From assembly GCA_965216755.1 (NCBI GenBank), contig CBDCGL010000011.1, positions 2,592,001 to 2,656,000 of the forward strand: a stretch of DNA of 64,000 bases, in the 5' to 3' direction. Below the pieces are notes generated by a model, which was not told the origin of the DNA, searched no databases, and saw only the letters and a program-made list of their open reading frames with translations. The stretch is from Alphaproteobacteria bacterium. Lineage in GTDB: Bacteria > Pseudomonadota > Alphaproteobacteria > UBA7887. A program made the position numbers and the translations under genes. This document shows, in pieces, positions 63,050 through 64,000 of the stretch (position 1 is its first letter; the number at the start of each line of letters is the position of its first letter).

Positions 63050-63984
63050 CGGTCGCCACCATTGAGCTGTTGGAGATACTGGTCGACGAAGTCAAAGTCG
63101 ACCAGCTCCACATAAGCGTTGGTCAACGCCTTGGTGATCGGACCCGGTATCGTGCCGTCACCGATGGGCGCGCCATTGATCCGGTGCACGCCGCAAATGC
63201 ACAGGCTGGTCGAGGTGAGAAACACTTCGTCGGCGGTATAGCCGTCGAACAGGCTGACGTCGTCTTCGACCAAGGGAATACCTTTTTCCTTGGCCAGGTC
63301 GATCACGGTTTGGCGGCTGACGCCGGGCAGCACATAGCGCGCGGTCGGCGTATAGACCGCGCCGCCACGGACGACAAAGATGTTGCTGCCCATGCCTTCG
63401 CATAAATTGCCGTTGACATCCAACAACATGGCCCAAGCGTCCGGCGTGTGTGCCTTCGCTTCCAAGTCACCCATCACCAAGTTCAGATAGTTGTGCGACT
63501 TGGCGTTGGGACTGAGCGCATCGGGCGGTACCCGCCGCACCGACGGCACCACGACATCAATGCCGTCGCGGAACAAATGCGCGCGCGGTTTAAGCGGCAG
63601 CGGCGTGCATTCGACGATCACGTTGGGTTTGCCGTGGCCCGAGATATCTGCGCCGGCCGGTTCCTCGCCGCGACTGATGCGTTGGCCGACCCAATAATCT
63701 TCGCCTTCGCCCAGCAAATGGAGATTACGCTCCAGCACCTCGTTGGTGATCGAGATCATTTCTGTGGGCGACAGGCCGGGGTCGATCTGCACGTACCGCA
63801 ACGAGCGATACAGCCGATCGACATGCTCCTGGATTTTGAAAATGCGCCGTCCAAAAGTCCGCGTCATGTCGAAGACAGCGTCGCCATATTTGAAGCCGCG
63901 ATCACGAAATGGGATCGCCACCCGGCTTTCCGGCAAGAATTCGCCATTGAAATAGGCAACCCGTTCATTGGCCCGTTCGGTCAT
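63046..63984 (-). CDS. Class IV PLP aminotransferase (BCAT/DAAT/ADC-lyase family)
   Basis: DRGF.YGD.VF, H..RL..S, KSHNY, EG.GSN.F, LPGVSR, ADEVFLTST; RBS AGGAGG. Confidence 0.92.
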   Translation of the reverse strand: MTERANERVAYFNGEFLPESRVAIPFRDRGFKYGDAVFDMTRTFGRRIFKIQEHVDRLYRSLRYVQIDPGLSPTEMISITNEVLERNLHLLGEGEDYWVGQRISRGEEPAGADISGHGKPNVIVECTPLPLKPRAHLFRDGIDVVVPSVRRVPPDALSPNAKSHNYLNLVMGDLEAKAHTPDAWAMLLDVNGNLCEGMGSNIFVVRGGAVYTPTARYVLPGVSRQTVIDLAKEKGIPLVEDDVSLFDGYTADEVFLTSTSLCICGVHRINGAPIGDGTIPGPITKALTNAYVELVDFDFVDQYLQQLNGGDR

Positions 63985-64000
63985 TCTGTTGGCCCTCCTG

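Overview
A GC-rich, densely coding bacterial chromosome segment. Its gene order is typical of Alphaproteobacteria and looks Rhodospirillales-like (inference). The left end holds a minus-strand aa3-type cytochrome c oxidase cluster: ctaC-ctaD-ctaB-small ORF-ctaG-ctaE-DUF983-SURF1-ctaA-M32 carboxypeptidase, then an opposite-strand FMN reductase, thrC and an M16B peptidase. Next come tldD with an ATP-grasp gene and a PrpF-family gene, fasciclin/chrR/rpoE, gshA, rsmE, ubiA/ubiD, pmbA, cysQ, msbA-waaA-lpxK-lpxL, xseA, purD, tadA, rluB, rsmD, mutL, pgi, an M16B pair, lspA, ileS, ribF and a MaoC gene. The accessory-looking right end has an unusual four-gene metal-related ABC operon, SDR/enolase/CMD genes, a cytochrome c, a VWA protein and a class IV aminotransferase. 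I saw no rRNA, tRNA, CRISPR array or mobile element. The best candidate for an undescribed system is 54700-58120, where a ZnuA-like binding protein is paired with a MacB/FtsX-type ABC unit and a His-rich membrane-anchored protein, with no ZnuB-type permease. Other notable points are a Cys-pair (type 1) heme A synthase inside the cox operon, a clean RpoE-ChrR promoter before the fasciclin gene, and PhaR-like boxes before the MaoC gene. All calls come from motif recognition by eye; no database searches were run.
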